Shown: positions 8,512 through 19,625 of the stretch, piece after piece
Numbering within the stretch: position 1 is the stretch's first letter
Layout of the letters: each line of letters opens with the position of its first letter
Source: an uncultured bacterium
GTDB taxonomy: Bacteria > Patescibacteriota > Minisyncoccia > Phycocordibacterales > UBA2100
Assembly: GCA_903858755.1 (NCBI GenBank)
Contig: CAIOKC010000027.1
Coordinates: 2,192-66,191 of the forward strand
Direction: 5' to 3'
Length of the DNA: 64,000 nucleotides
Position numbers and translations under genes: made by a program
The notes under the pieces: generated by a model
The model's database searches: none
What the model saw: the letters and a program-made list of their open reading frames with translations, nothing else
Told to the model about the DNA's origin: nothing

Positions 8512-10278
8512 ATGTGTGGGATTTTCGGCTACGCAGGCTCCAAGCGGAGCGCAGCGGATGCGGTCTTAGAAGGACTGCAAAGACTTGATTATCGAGGATA
8601 CGACAGTTGGGGCATCGGTGTTGTCGAGAGAAATCTCCACGTGGAGAAAAAGGTCGGGACCGTTGGGCGTACGACTGCATTACCAAAGAGTCCAATTGGT
8701 ATCGGACACACTCGCTGGGCAACGCACGGAGCAGTAACCGCCACCAATGCACATCCGCACTATTCTTCGGACAGGTCGTTCATACTTGCGCACAACGGCA
8801 TCGCCGAGAACGCGGACGCTATCAAGACAACATTGCAATCTGAAGGATATCGCTTCTCAACGCAAACCGATACCGAATCAATAGTCCGCCTCATTGAAAA
8901 GAAGCGATCGAAAAAACTCGACCTTAGTGAAGCAGTGCGGAGTGCATTCAAAGAGCTGACTGGTCGCAACACCATTATCGTCCTCGCGACCGATGGCGAT
9001 ATTGTCGCGGCGCGCAATGGCTCCCCCCTCGTCATCGGCTTTGGATCGAAAAGTTCTGAAGTGTATTTCTCATCTGACATCTTCTCGTGCGCCCCTCATG
9101 TCGAAGAATACATCGTGCTCGACAACGGGCAGATGGCGACGTATCGCAAAGGAATCGTGTCGGTGTTCGATATACAGACAGGCAAGAAAATACGCGCCGT
9201 GCGGGAGAAAAACCTCCTGCGAGATGTCTCGGTCAACAAAGGCAAATACGCACACTTCATGCTCAAAGAAATTCACGAGGCACCATTCGTCGTCCAACAG
9301 GTCACAAAGGAGAATGCAAGAAAATACCGAGGACTCGCCTTGGCGGTCAAGCGTGCACCGAGAGTCTACTGCATAGGGTCAGGCACAGCTGGTGCTGCGG
9401 CAGCGCAAATCGCGTATTACCTCCGCGTATACGGCAATATCCCGGCGACAGCGCTTATCGGAGCGGAGGCGACTGACTACAGAAATCTCATAGGGCCAAA
9501 AGATGTCCTCATCGCACCGTCACAAAGCGGCGAAACAGCAGATGTCCTTGAGGTACTCGAACTGGCGAAAAAGCGCGGCGCGACAATAGCTTCGTTCGTA
9601 AATATGCCGGGAAGCATGATGACGCGCCTCTCCGATTATCCCTTTATGGCGCATGCCGGACCCGAGATATGCGTGATGTCGACGAAGATATTCGTCTCCC
9701 AAATCGCGTGGGGATACCTCGTCGCAAAAGCCGTGCAGGGCGCGCTACCCGAAGGTATCCGACGTCTTAAGAAGACTGCATCACACATCAATGTCCTCTT
9801 GAGCGACACCGCATACATGTCTGAAATCGCGCGTCACGGCAAACGCATGTCGCGCAATAAGCACATCTTCCTCCTGGGCAAAGCTCAGAACCTTCAAATT
9901 ATCAAAGAAGGTATGGTCAAGATGATTGAGGGTGCGTACATTCACGCACACGCAATCGCAGCCGGCGACCTCAAGCACTACGCGATCACTCTCATGGAAC
10001 CGGGCGTAAGCGTTATTGCCCTTGTTTCCGACGACGACGTAAAAAGCGACACACTGAACGCTATCCACGAGGTACGTGCGCGCGGAGCGGAGGTATTCGG
10101 CATCGCGCCGCAGAAAGAGAAGGGCTTCACGCACTATCTCCATGTACCCGACGGAGGCGAGACATCGGCAATCATCAATGTGGTTCCCCTGCAGCTCCTC
10201 GCCTACTCCATGGCGGTTGCGCTCAACAACAATGTCGACAAACCGCGAAATATCGCGAAGAGTGTGACGGTCAAATAG
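8512..10278 (+). CDS. glmS: Glutamine--fructose-6-phosphate aminotransferase
   Basis: MCGIFG start with catalytic Cys, GHTRWATHG, SQSGETAD, PRNIAKSVTV. Confidence 0.97.
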   Translation: MCGIFGYAGSKRSAADAVLEGLQRLDYRGYDSWGIGVVERNLHVEKKVGTVGRTTALPKSPIGIGHTRWATHGAVTATNAHPHYSSDRSFILAHNGIAENADAIKTTLQSEGYRFSTQTDTESIVRLIEKKRSKKLDLSEAVRSAFKELTGRNTIIVLATDGDIVAARNGSPLVIGFGSKSSEVYFSSDIFSCAPHVEEYIVLDNGQMATYRKGIVSVFDIQTGKKIRAVREKNLLRDVSVNKGKYAHFMLKEIHEAPFVVQQVTKENARKYRGLALAVKRAPRVYCIGSGTAGAAAAQIAYYLRVYGNIPATALIGAEATDYRNLIGPKDVLIAPSQSGETADVLEVLELAKKRGATIASFVNMPGSMMTRLSDYPFMAHAGPEICVMSTKIFVSQIAWGYLVAKAVQGALPEGIRRLKKTASHINVLLSDTAYMSEIARHGKRMSRNKHIFLLGKAQNLQIIKEGMVKMIEGAYIHAHAIAAGDLKHYAITLMEPGVSVIALVSDDDVKSDTLNAIHEVRARGAEVFGIAPQKEKGFTHYLHVPDGGETSAIINVVPLQLLAYSMAVALNNNVDKPRNIAKSVTVK

Positions 10279-11266
10279 ATTGGAATACTTGGTCGGCAAT
10301 ATCGGCGCGGAATCGGAAAATCGCCGAGTCGTCCTTGGGGCGCTTCGGGTATGTGCGGTTGGACAGGATCACAAACGCGATTCCGCGTTCGATATCACAC
10401 ACCGCACTTGTACCGGTAAATCCCGTTTTTCCGAAGGCATGAGCGCTTGCGTGCGTCCCCATGAAGCGCGAGTCGTTCACTTGCCACCCCAATCCTTTTT
10501 GCGCCCCATCGACGATACAGTCGTATTCGCCACGCAAGAGTGCTTCAAGAAAATGAAGCAGGTCGGGCGCATTTGAGAAAAGCCCTGCATGCCCCACTGC
10601 CCTCCCCGCTTTCGCGAAGGTATACGCGCTCTCATCATGCGGCATGCCGCGGACCTCGCCTCTCCACTCGCCAATCTCCGTCGGCGCAATAGTAGTGGTT
10701 TCGTAAACCACTACATGTGTGGAAAACGCCGTGCGCGTCATGCCGAGTGGTGTAAAAAGACGCTCCTGCGCGAGCATGCCCAGCGAGTCGCCCGCCGCAC
10801 GCTCAACAAGTATCCCAAGCAGCAGTGCTGGGAGGTTCGTATACTTCGGCTCGCCGGGAGCAAGGTCGAATCCATGCTCAAAGACGTACGCGAGTATTTC
10901 GTCGAGAGACCTGTCTTTGAGCGTCGAGAGCGGCGTGCCATGCACGCGATAGGTCAAGAGATCTTCTATCGTCGCTCCGTAGTCATTTTGCAATTCTGGA
11001 ATATGCTGTTTCACCGTATCTCCAAGTCGCAACCTGCCTTCGGAAATATATGCGAGCGCGAGCGATGCGGTCGGAATCGACTTCGTTATCGAAGCGAGAT
11101 CATAGATGGTGCGCGCACCGACGAGCGGCGAATCACTTTCGTACGTCAGCCGTCCGAATGGCAGCAATTCGCGCCGACCGCTTGCGCGAACGACTCCGAC
11201 GACACACCCCGGGAATACGTTCTCGCGGATCGCTTTATTCGCCAGTGCTTCAACAGCTTTAAGCAT
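10271..11266 (-). CDS. Serine hydrolase, beta-lactamase class C-like
   Basis: DLASITKS (SxxK), YTN, GHAGLFS, GKTGFTG. Confidence 0.85.
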   Translation of the reverse strand: MLKAVEALANKAIRENVFPGCVVGVVRASGRRELLPFGRLTYESDSPLVGARTIYDLASITKSIPTASLALAYISEGRLRLGDTVKQHIPELQNDYGATIEDLLTYRVHGTPLSTLKDRSLDEILAYVFEHGFDLAPGEPKYTNLPALLLGILVERAAGDSLGMLAQERLFTPLGMTRTAFSTHVVVYETTTIAPTEIGEWRGEVRGMPHDESAYTFAKAGRAVGHAGLFSNAPDLLHFLEALLRGEYDCIVDGAQKGLGWQVNDSRFMGTHASAHAFGKTGFTGTSAVCDIERGIAFVILSNRTYPKRPKDDSAIFRFRADIADQVFQSI

Positions 11267-12335
11267 CGGGATATGCTGCCAGTATCTCCTTCGCGAGGTA
11301 CGGATTCCACATCGCACCAGTCGCCGCCATGACGGTGTCGGCTCCCGCATCCCGGTAGTCTTTGAAATCCCTCGGGGTCATCACACCGCCGACCCCTTCG
11401 ATAGAAAAGGTGAAGCCGCGTCGCTCTTTGATCGCCTTAAGACGCCGCACGAAATCGAGCCCAGCCCACTTGATGCCGGCGCCGCACACGCCCGAGCGCA
11501 ATCGCGCGGGCGAACCGGGGAGCGCCTGTCCGCCTTCCACATCCCGCACTTCTCCCTGCAAAGTGTTGATGCCTGCGACACTATCTGCATATTCGTTCGC
11601 AATCTCTGCGAATTTCTCGAGCTCGGCGTCGTCTCGGTAGTAGCCGACCTTGAGGATAAGCGGCGTCGAACCGATGACACCCCTGATTCCTTTCGCCACT
11701 TTTTGAGTAGTGTCGAGGTTGTAGCAGACGAGTCCTTCATTGCCGATATTCGGGCACGAAAGATTCGTCTCCAAGACACGCGCGCCCGTCTCAGCGGAAA
11801 GCTTCGCGGCGAGGATATAATCATCTACAAACTCCCGCTCACTCTGCCCTGCGCGCACTGTCCCCATACAGCTCACGACGAGTACCTGACCTTCCCGCGC
11901 CGAAGCGACCGCCTTTTGCACGTCTTCTTGCCACACACCAGCGTCTTTCGACGGTACGCCGAAAGAATTTGTAATCGAAAGTGGCTCCGAATACTCCGCG
12001 TCAGCGATAAGCGGCTTCTTCAAGACCTCGAGCGTGAGATCTCCCTCGGGGTGAATCGCGAGTACGTTCGGAAATGGATGGCATGGAAAAGCGCCGCTCC
12101 GCACCGTCTTGTAGACGCAGATATCGAATCCTTTTTCAAATGCAGCTTTGCAAAATGCGCTGTTGAGCAACGGTCCCGCGGGTATGCCGAGCGGATAACT
12201 CACCGGAATACCGAGAAAATCAAACCGCGCCTCTCCCTCGGGGAAGATCACGTCATCGGAAAATCCGCCGAAAGGACCGTGATCGTAGTTGTCTTCGTAC
12301 GACTGTGTCGGGTCATAGAATGGCGCCTGCAGCAT
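11259..12335 (-). CDS. Dihydroorotate dehydrogenase-like FMN oxidoreductase
   Basis: GIPAGP, NLSCPN, GINT, GVGGV. Confidence 0.75.
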   Translation of the reverse strand: MLQAPFYDPTQSYEDNYDHGPFGGFSDDVIFPEGEARFDFLGIPVSYPLGIPAGPLLNSAFCKAAFEKGFDICVYKTVRSGAFPCHPFPNVLAIHPEGDLTLEVLKKPLIADAEYSEPLSITNSFGVPSKDAGVWQEDVQKAVASAREGQVLVVSCMGTVRAGQSEREFVDDYILAAKLSAETGARVLETNLSCPNIGNEGLVCYNLDTTQKVAKGIRGVIGSTPLILKVGYYRDDAELEKFAEIANEYADSVAGINTLQGEVRDVEGGQALPGSPARLRSGVCGAGIKWAGLDFVRRLKAIKERRGFTFSIEGVGGVMTPRDFKDYRDAGADTVMAATGAMWNPYLAKEILAAYPDA

Positions 12336-12390
12336 GCGGACAATACTACCACGCACGCTATTTCATCCGGGCGCCCCCCTTTTCATGCGG

Positions 12391-12945
12391 CTATCCGCCT
12401 CTCTGCCAGGCATCGATACTGGGAAATTGGTGAATGAGGTTGAGCGTATTCAGGATTAGATTATCGCGAATCGAATATCCCACGAAAATCTCAAGCCCCA
12501 CTGCACACGCAAGGACCACCACAAGAGGCAAACGCCACGCGAGAACGAATCCAAACACCATCGCGAGCGAATCGCTGAGAGAGTTTATGATGCTATCTCC
12601 GGTGTACCCTTGCGCAAGCGCCTGTTGCCGATAGTGATCGATGATCATCGGCGTATTCTCGAAGACTTCCCACCCTGCCTCAATACCGAGCGCGAAAAGA
12701 AATCGAAGAGGCATCGACAAACGCGGAAAGAGAAGACCGAGCACGTAAAAGAAGATAATGCCGTGCACAATGTGGGAGAAGACGTACCAGTCCGTGACAT
12801 GCTGCGAATTTCCCGGACTTAAGACCACTCCTTCCCACAGCTTCACGTACCCGCATGTGCAGATAAGGGGCTGCCCCATCGCGTAAAGGACGAGCATCTG
12901 CGCTCCAAGAATGGCGAGTGTGATTCCGATGACACGAGACGTCAT
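12391..12945 (-). CDS. DUF2585/UPF0314-like membrane protein
   Basis: ICTCGYVKLW, NSQH..DWY..SH, WE..EN, RDNL.LN. Confidence 0.8.
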   Translation of the reverse strand: MTSRVIGITLAILGAQMLVLYAMGQPLICTCGYVKLWEGVVLSPGNSQHVTDWYVFSHIVHGIIFFYVLGLLFPRLSMPLRFLFALGIEAGWEVFENTPMIIDHYRQQALAQGYTGDSIINSLSDSLAMVFGFVLAWRLPLVVVLACAVGLEIFVGYSIRDNLILNTLNLIHQFPSIDAWQRGG

Positions 12946-12952
12946 AGATGCT

Positions 12953-14734
12953 CTAGCGGCGCGCTTTCGATCGGTCCGTTTCCGTGAGCTGCTGCTTGCG
13001 GAGTCGGACCGAAAGCGGAGTAATCTCCAAGTACTCGTCTTCCGCCATCACTTCGAGACCGCGCTCGATGGTGAGCTCGTACGGCGGAATAAGGACGAGC
13101 GCTTCATCCGTACCGGACGAACGGACATTGGTGAGATTCTTATTCTTGGTCGGATTCACCGTCATTTCCTCTCCCTTTGAGGTGTTGCCGATGACCATGC
13201 CCTCGTAGACTTCGGTCGCTGGATGTATGTAGAGGACGCCGCGTTCCTGCAGATTCCACAGCGAGTACCCGAGCGCTTTGCCGGTTGCCATCGATATCAT
13301 GGAGCCGACCGCCCGCTTCTTGATCTCGCCGACATACGGCGAGAAACCGATGACGCGCGAAGAGAGAATCCCCTCCCCTTTCGTATCAAGGACGAACTGG
13401 CTGCGGTAGCCGAGCAATCCGCGCGTCGGTCCCTCGAAGGTAAGGCGCACCTGATGTTCGTGTACTTTCAAGTCCTTCATCACGAATTTGCGACTCCCGA
13501 GGCGCTCAATGATGACGCCTTGGTACTGCTGCGGCGTATCGACGATTACTTCCTCAAAAGGCTCTTGCGTGCCGCCTGCGTCTTCGCGAACGATGACCTG
13601 CGGCTGCGATACCTGCATTTCGTATCCTTCGCGGCGCATATTTTCAAGGAGGATGGCGATGTGAAGTTCGCCGCGACCAGAGACCTTAAACGTATCCCCC
13701 TCGAAGTCGACTCGGAGACCGACGTTGATCTCGAGCTCGCGCAAAAGGCGCTCGCGTATCTGGCGCGATGTGACGAATTTCCCTTCGCGCCCGGCGAAGG
13801 GAGAATTGTTGACGAGAAAATTGAGCGTGATCGTGGGTTCATCGATCGCGATCGCCGGCAGCAGCTCCACCGACTGATCGGTCGTGATCGTCTCTCCGAT
13901 GAAGATATCGGGAAGACCGGCGATCATCGCGATGTCTCCCGCCGCGACTTCCCGCGACTCCACTTTCTGCAAACCCTTGAAGGTATACATCTTGGTGATT
14001 TTTCCCGTACGCGCCTCGCCGGTCGGCTTCTTGACGACGACCGCGTCGTTCACTCTGAGTACGCCATCGTACACGCGCACGATCGCGAGGCGCCCGAGGA
14101 AGTTGTCGTATCCGAGGTTGAAAGGCTGGAGCACGGCGGGTTTCGTCTCGGCATCGATCTTTGACGCAGTCGGTACATGCGCGAGGATGGTCTCGAGTAG
14201 CGGCGCGAGGTCAGACGATTCGTCGGCGACATTCCTTTTTGCGACGCCGGATTTTCCGATCGCGTAGACGATAGGAAAATCCGCCTGTTCATTGGAGGCG
14301 CCGAGCTCGAGGAACAGCTCGAAGACTTGATCTGCGCATCGAGCGGGATCCGCCGCCGGCTTATCGATTTTATTGATGACGACGATGGGTCGTATGCCGA
14401 GCTCGAGCGATTTCTTGAGGACGAAACGCGTCTGGGGCATGGGACCTTCTTGGGCATCGACGACGAGAAGTACGGAATCGATAGAGCGGAGGACGCGCTC
14501 TACTTCGCTGCCGAAGTCGGCATGACCGGGGGTATCGACGATGTTTATCTTCGTCCCCTTGTAAAAAATAGCGGCATTTTTCGAATAGATGGTGATACCG
14601 CGTTCGCGCTCAAGCGCGTTTGAATCCATCGAGACCCCTTCTTCCGCCGCGCCAGTCTGTCGCAAAAGAGCGTCGGTCAAGGTGGTTTTCCCATGATCCA
14701 CATGGGCTATGATCGCGATGTTTCTGATTTCCAT
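12953..14734 (-). CDS. typA: Translational GTPase TypA/BipA
   Basis: [26 protein letters not shown]-terminal EYLEITP. Confidence 0.97.
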   Translation of the reverse strand: MEIRNIAIIAHVDHGKTTLTDALLRQTGAAEEGVSMDSNALERERGITIYSKNAAIFYKGTKINIVDTPGHADFGSEVERVLRSIDSVLLVVDAQEGPMPQTRFVLKKSLELGIRPIVVINKIDKPAADPARCADQVFELFLELGASNEQADFPIVYAIGKSGVAKRNVADESSDLAPLLETILAHVPTASKIDAETKPAVLQPFNLGYDNFLGRLAIVRVYDGVLRVNDAVVVKKPTGEARTGKITKMYTFKGLQKVESREVAAGDIAMIAGLPDIFIGETITTDQSVELLPAIAIDEPTITLNFLVNNSPFAGREGKFVTSRQIRERLLRELEINVGLRVDFEGDTFKVSGRGELHIAILLENMRREGYEMQVSQPQVIVREDAGGTQEPFEEVIVDTPQQYQGVIIERLGSRKFVMKDLKVHEHQVRLTFEGPTRGLLGYRSQFVLDTKGEGILSSRVIGFSPYVGEIKKRAVGSMISMATGKALGYSLWNLQERGVLYIHPATEVYEGMVIGNTSKGEEMTVNPTKNKNLTNVRSSGTDEALVLIPPYELTIERGLEVMAEDEYLEITPLSVRLRKQQLTETDRSKARR

Positions 14735-14811
14735 ACGTGTTTAAACAAAAAGTGCCCAAACGAGGGCACCTCGTGCTTCCATTGTGCCCTATAGAGAGGA
14801 CAAGGTCAAAC

Positions 14812-15540
14812 TCAAAGCTGCTCGTCGATTGCCGTCTGGAATGCCGGGAATTCTACGGCTCCCGGAATAAGGGTCGTGCCCGTGATGAAGCCTGGCGTAC
14901 CGCTTACTCCGAGCGATGTCCCTTCTGCTTTGTCCGCATCATTCATTGCCTGATACGCAGCCATATTCGCCGCGACGTCGGCTTTCACTTTGTCTGCGTC
15001 GATGCCAGCGATACCTCGCGTAAGCTTCACGATGCTTGCCTCGTCGCCGAAGCCCGCATGCTCTTCATCTTGCGCGTGGAACATCGCTTCGTGCCATGCA
15101 TAAAACTTGTCTGGATACAGCTTCCAGATGGCGCGCAGATACAGCGCTGCTGTATCAGAATCCGGTCCCAAGAATGCGTAATTCTTGAACACGATCCTGA
15201 GTTTCCCGGTATCGACATACTGCTGTATGAGAAGCGGCATCGCAGGCTCTATCGGTATCTGCGGTATACCGCCGACATCCACCGCTTTGCAGTACGGACA
15301 CTGGTAATCAAACCAGTATGCGAGAACGACGGGCGCGTCTTCTTTGCCGATGAACGGAGAGCCGTCGAGCTTGACGTCGGCGATATCGACGTCGGTCGGT
15401 CCTTGCCCACCCGCTGGCGCCTGAGACGAGAGCGCGAGGTACAGACCAATACCAATAAGCGCGCCCGCGATCACGATCGCGGCGGGGGTGTAGAGATTTG
15501 AATAATCTTTTGCTGCTGCAGTTGTCTGTTGTTCGGGCAT
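14812..15540 (-). CDS. DsbA-family thiol-disulfide oxidoreductase
   Basis: N-terminal TM, DYQCPYC, GVSGTP. Confidence 0.9.
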   Translation of the reverse strand: MPEQQTTAAAKDYSNLYTPAAIVIAGALIGIGLYLALSSQAPAGGQGPTDVDIADVKLDGSPFIGKEDAPVVLAYWFDYQCPYCKAVDVGGIPQIPIEPAMPLLIQQYVDTGKLRIVFKNYAFLGPDSDTAALYLRAIWKLYPDKFYAWHEAMFHAQDEEHAGFGDEASIVKLTRGIAGIDADKVKADVAANMAAYQAMNDADKAEGTSLGVSGTPGFITGTTLIPGAVEFPAFQTAIDEQL

Positions 15541-15580
15541 AGTCAGACCATTCTACACTATCTTTCCCACGCGCAAAGAC

Positions 15581-16774
15581 CTACTTCTTCACACCCGCGA
15601 GCGTCGCCCATATGTTCGGATCCTGCCCGCCGTCGAGCTTGAAGATCGAGACGCCGCGAACTCCGAGCTTCTTCGCGAGATCGATCTTGGTCTGCAATGA
15701 GTGCGCATCAGGCCACACCAACATGCGGAAATCGAGATGCGAGTTGTACGTATCCGCGTAGGCGACCGCCGCGAGCGCAGCGAGCGGGGCGGAATTCGGT
15801 CCAAGTGAAACGGGCGCACTTGAGGTAGCGGCGGGCACGTAGGTGAAATACATTTCCCCGGTGCCATTCCTCTGCGGCGTAATGCCGTACTGCTGCGCGA
15901 GCGGAAGCGCGTAGCCCGGATTGAAAGACCAGAGAATGTCGTACAAGTAGTCGCTCCCCGCGTACGCGGTCACGTCGTACTCATAGCCATAGGTGGGCAC
16001 GCCGATCATGATCTTCGACTTCTTGATGTCTTTCGCGACAAGATTGACGACCTTTTCCACCCACGCCGGATCGGCGACCGGCGCGTAGAGCTGCGAGGAT
16101 GAGGCAGCGACCTGCACGAGCTTTTGGTCGATTCCCTGCTGATCGTACGCCATGATCCGCACCCGATCGCAGTACTTGTTGATCTCTTTGAAGTCATTGG
16201 CATAGATACTTGCGTCTGCGGGAGCAGTGGCGCCGTAGTAGCGTGCTTCAAGCGGCGTACGCGATTCAATCGTGCACATCACCCACTTGTTGCCCATGCG
16301 TTGGTAGAGCCCCTTGAGAAAAGTCGAGAAATACTTCTTGTCTTCCGCCTTTTTCCCCTCGAAATCGATGTCGATACCGTCGAACCCCTTCTCCTTCACA
16401 AGATCGGCGATCGTGTCTTCAAGTGCGATGCGGGATTTCGTATTGCTGAGGAGCGTGTGGAGGAGCTCGGTATTGCTCGTCATGACTGTCGGAATAAAGC
16501 GGATGTTTTTCTTCTTTGCCTCGGCGCGCAGCGTACGCCACGGCTCTGTGTCGAGCGAGCCGTTGTCGACGAGCGTGCCGTCGGATTTTATCGTGTAGAC
16601 GAACGGATTTACTTCCGTGAGCTTGTCGAGATTCGGCAGCACATCGGCAGTCCCCGTCGCGGCGCGCCAGTACGGTATCCACCCCGAGACTTCGAATTTC
16701 CCGGATTGCGCGGCATCCGCCGAGAGCGGAGCGAGAAAAATGAGCACGCCAAATATCGCGAAAAGATATTTCAT
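15581..16774 (-). CDS. Secreted glycoside hydrolase family 18
   Basis: Signal peptide; FDGIDIDFE (DxDxE); IMAYD. Confidence 0.88.
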   Translation of the reverse strand: MKYLFAIFGVLIFLAPLSADAAQSGKFEVSGWIPYWRAATGTADVLPNLDKLTEVNPFVYTIKSDGTLVDNGSLDTEPWRTLRAEAKKKNIRFIPTVMTSNTELLHTLLSNTKSRIALEDTIADLVKEKGFDGIDIDFEGKKAEDKKYFSTFLKGLYQRMGNKWVMCTIESRTPLEARYYGATAPADASIYANDFKEINKYCDRVRIMAYDQQGIDQKLVQVAASSSQLYAPVADPAWVEKVVNLVAKDIKKSKIMIGVPTYGYEYDVTAYAGSDYLYDILWSFNPGYALPLAQQYGITPQRNGTGEMYFTYVPAATSSAPVSLGPNSAPLAALAAVAYADTYNSHLDFRMLVWPDAHSLQTKIDLAKKLGVRGVSIFKLDGGQDPNIWATLAGVKK

Positions 16775-16808
16775 ACCACGTAGACGAGTGAGTATACCAA
16801 ATCTTTCC

Positions 16809-17597
16809 TCACGATTCATTGCGAGCGAATTGCCCCGTATCACGAGATCGTGTGTAAAGGTACTGGAATACAAACATAGAGAGGATGCAGTAGAGAGACG
16901 CGAGTATAAGTCCCACTCCAAACACACCCCACGCGACATCGCCGTACAAAAGTCCGTAGCGCGCGCCCTCGAATCCGTACGTCGACGGAAAGAAGTATGC
17001 AACGAGCTGAAGAGCACGCGGCATATCCGCAATAGGAAAAAAGGCGGCGGAAAACGGCTGCACGATGGTAATGAGCGACCACGAGAGCGCCTGGATGCGC
17101 GTTCCGTACCGGAAGATGAGCCCGAGAACTACGATCGCGACGGCAAAAGCGAAAATACTGAAAACGAGGAAGGTAAGGAGAAGCGACATCAATCCGACCG
17201 CGAGCATATCGAAACGAAATACGATAGCCGAAAGAAATCCACCGACCGCAAGAAGCGCAACAGCTTTCACACACCCAGAGAGGAAGTGCGCCACGATGTA
17301 CTCCTCAAGCTCAAGCGGCGCGACAAACATGTTGCTCAAATTGCGTGACCAGATATTCCACATACTGCCCACGGCAACCGAGTAAGCGATAATCCAGATG
17401 ATCTGCCAGAGAAGCATGCCGAGGAGAATAAACGCGCCCGCTACGCTATTGTCGTTCCCCACAAGATAGAGCGAAATGAGACCGAAGACGACAATATTGA
17501 TGAGCGGGAAAATAAAGACATCGACAAAGATCTCAAGCGAATGAATGGTCATGTAGTATTCCTGCAGAAACACACCGTAGATTCGTCGGAGATTCAT
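16809..17597 (-). CDS. ABC-2 type transporter permease
   Basis: About six TM helices; adjacent to ABC ATPase. Confidence 0.85.
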   Translation of the reverse strand: MNLRRIYGVFLQEYYMTIHSLEIFVDVFIFPLINIVVFGLISLYLVGNDNSVAGAFILLGMLLWQIIWIIAYSVAVGSMWNIWSRNLSNMFVAPLELEEYIVAHFLSGCVKAVALLAVGGFLSAIVFRFDMLAVGLMSLLLTFLVFSIFAFAVAIVVLGLIFRYGTRIQALSWSLITIVQPFSAAFFPIADMPRALQLVAYFFPSTYGFEGARYGLLYGDVAWGVFGVGLILASLYCILSMFVFQYLYTRSRDTGQFARNES

Positions 17598-17598
17598 A

Positions 17599-18507
17599 CT
17601 AATTGCGTGCTATTTGCAGGAAGACATCTTCGAGCGTCGGCTTGCGTATCTCGATATCGACGATGGTCGCTCCTACATGGCTGATTGCGAAAAGCAGATT
17701 AGGAATGAGGTTTTCTTCGGAGTGGATTTCCACCACGTTTGGATGCGGTACATCGAATGTCTGACCCGTCTCGCGAAGATGCGCGTGGACTTTCTCAATA
17801 TCACTTAAGAAAACGAGACGAAGTGTAGCCGCTGAAACGCGCCTCGTGAGATTCTGCGGCGTGTCGTGGGCTACAATGCGTCCGCGATCAAGAAAGACGA
17901 CGGTGTCGCAAATACGCGTGATTTCCGCCATGTTATGACTTGTGTAGAGAATGCTGATAGCGCGCTCACTCTGGAGTTCTTCAATGTACGAAAGCGTTTT
18001 GTCTGCAATATCGGGATCGAGCGAAGCGGTCGGTTCGTCCATGAGAATGATCTCAGGATCATTCAGGAGAGACTTTACGAGATTGACACGCGTCCGCTGA
18101 CCGGATGAGAGCCCCCAGTAAAGAGATGACGCGAAGCCATTCATTTCAAATCGTTCGAGCAGTTCATCGATCTTTTTATTCGGATTGGGTATTTGATACA
18201 GCTCAGCAAAGACACGGAGATTCTCGCGGACAGTGATCCTGCCCAAGAGCGTATTGAACGCCGACGCGAAGTTGATCCGCTGCAGACACTCAAGGCGATG
18301 CGCGCGGAAGTCTTTCCCAAAATAGCTGATGGAGCCGCCATTCGCGAGCGTAATGCCAAGCAGCATTTGGATGGTCGTCGTCTTTCCTGCGCCGTTTGGA
18401 CCGAGAAGCCCGACTATCTTTCCCTTCTCCACGGAAAAAGAGATGCCATCGACAGCGACCGTGCCGCGATATTTCTTCCTGAGATTCTTGACTTCAAGGA
18501 CAGGCAT
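17599..18507 (-). CDS. ABC transporter ATP-binding protein
   Basis: GPNGAGKT, LSSGQ, LMDEP. Confidence 0.93.
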   Translation of the reverse strand: MPVLEVKNLRKKYRGTVAVDGISFSVEKGKIVGLLGPNGAGKTTTIQMLLGITLANGGSISYFGKDFRAHRLECLQRINFASAFNTLLGRITVRENLRVFAELYQIPNPNKKIDELLERFEMNGFASSLYWGLSSGQRTRVNLVKSLLNDPEIILMDEPTASLDPDIADKTLSYIEELQSERAISILYTSHNMAEITRICDTVVFLDRGRIVAHDTPQNLTRRVSAATLRLVFLSDIEKVHAHLRETGQTFDVPHPNVVEIHSEENLIPNLLFAISHVGATIVDIEIRKPTLEDVFLQIARN

Positions 18508-18512
18508 TCAGA

Positions 18513-18881
18513 CTACTGTATCACGATGGTTGCGGAGAAATTGTCGTTGGTGAGCGTGCAATTCCCCGCCGCAAGCGCTTCGAGTATGACCGCATACAGC
18601 GGTGGCTCAAGCATGGGCGCCGGCAGCGTCCCCAAAATACCACCGGGTGTGCAGCGCAAATTCGCCTGCGGATTCTTCGTCTCGTCGAAATATGCGGTAA
18701 AACGCGTGCCGACCGCATAGGTAAGCGTCTTTCCGGAATCGCTCTCCTGCAGACCGAGAGGGCACGTGCCGAGCAGACACTGCGGCATCTCGCGCTTCTG
18801 GAAGAAACTGAGCTTGTAGGCGCCGATGGCAAGCCCACCGATGAGGACGAGCGGAACGAGCGCGAGCGTCGAAGTCCGCAT
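18513..18881 (-). CDS. Hypothetical membrane-anchored protein
   Basis: N-terminal TM; TGcTAGAAT 8 nt upstream of ATG. Confidence 0.6.
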   Translation of the reverse strand: MRTSTLALVPLVLIGGLAIGAYKLSFFQKREMPQCLLGTCPLGLQESDSGKTLTYAVGTRFTAYFDETKNPQANLRCTPGGILGTLPAPMLEPPLYAVILEALAAGNCTLTNDNFSATIVIQ

Positions 18882-18903
18882 ATGCCGCCATTCTAGCACC
18901 GAC

Positions 18904-19557
18904 CTAGTACCAGGTGATCTCTCCGGTGCCCGAAAGTGGATACGGTGTCCCAAGGTATTTCGGCTCCCTTTTCGTCGTCACATCAAGGAGAGCCTTGAGG
19001 GACGCGGGTATTTCGCGCATATATAAAACGAGTGAGCTCTCCCCTCCGCCTGCGATGAGTCCGTCTGCCTTGATCCCGAGCTTCCGAGCGATCCATAGCG
19101 CACGCGGAAGGTGAAAATCTTGCGTCACGATCGTCGCCGAGCGAGCGCCGAATACATCGCGCGCGCGATACATGCTTGAGTATGTATCGAATCCCGCGTG
19201 GTCGAGAAATATATCTTCCGGAGCGACACCCGCATCGAGGAGGTACTTGCGCACGGGCGTCACCTCATCGTGAGAGAGGGCGCCGCTGTCGCCCGTCACG
19301 AGAACTTTCTCCACTTTTTTCGCTTTGTAGAGAAGGATGGCTGCATCGGCTCGCTTCGCAAGCACGGGCGACGGCTCGCCGCGCACGACCGAAGCGCCAA
19401 GTACTATCGCCACCTCCGCGGAAGGTACCTCATCGACCGATGCATGAATGAAGCGTGCAATCGAGATCCGCATCGCAATAGGGACAAGGAGAGAAAGAAC
19501 CGCGCAAGCAAGGAGCGCGAGCATGCTCCGATATATGAAACGACGCGACGTCCTCAC
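18904..19557 (-). CDS. SanA/YdcF (DUF218, ElyC-like) protein
   Basis: IVLGA, VTGD, DHAGFDTYSS, VTQDFHLPRA; start codon uncertain. Confidence 0.85.
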   Translation of the reverse strand: MRTSRRFIYRSMLALLACAVLSLLVPIAMRISIARFIHASVDEVPSAEVAIVLGASVVRGEPSPVLAKRADAAILLYKAKKVEKVLVTGDSGALSHDEVTPVRKYLLDAGVAPEDIFLDHAGFDTYSSMYRARDVFGARSATIVTQDFHLPRALWIARKLGIKADGLIAGGGESSLVLYMREIPASLKALLDVTTKREPKYLGTPYPLSGTGEITWY

Positions 19558-19574
19558 CGCACCATTATGCACCA

Positions 19575-19607
19575 AAGCGGCACCCCGCCGTAGGCGGGGT
19601 GCCGCTT
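19575..19607. terminator. Perfect 15-bp hairpin downstream of the surface-protein gene
   Basis: AAGCGGCACCCCGCC-GTA-GGCGGGGTGCCGCTT. Confidence 0.65.
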
Positions 19608-19625
19608 CCCCAGAGAATATCTCAC

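Noticed and set aside
10271-11266. Bona fide antibiotic-resistance beta-lactamase
   Set aside because: It has the SxxK fold but no signal peptide and resembles generic esterase or peptidoglycan-recycling serine hydrolases.
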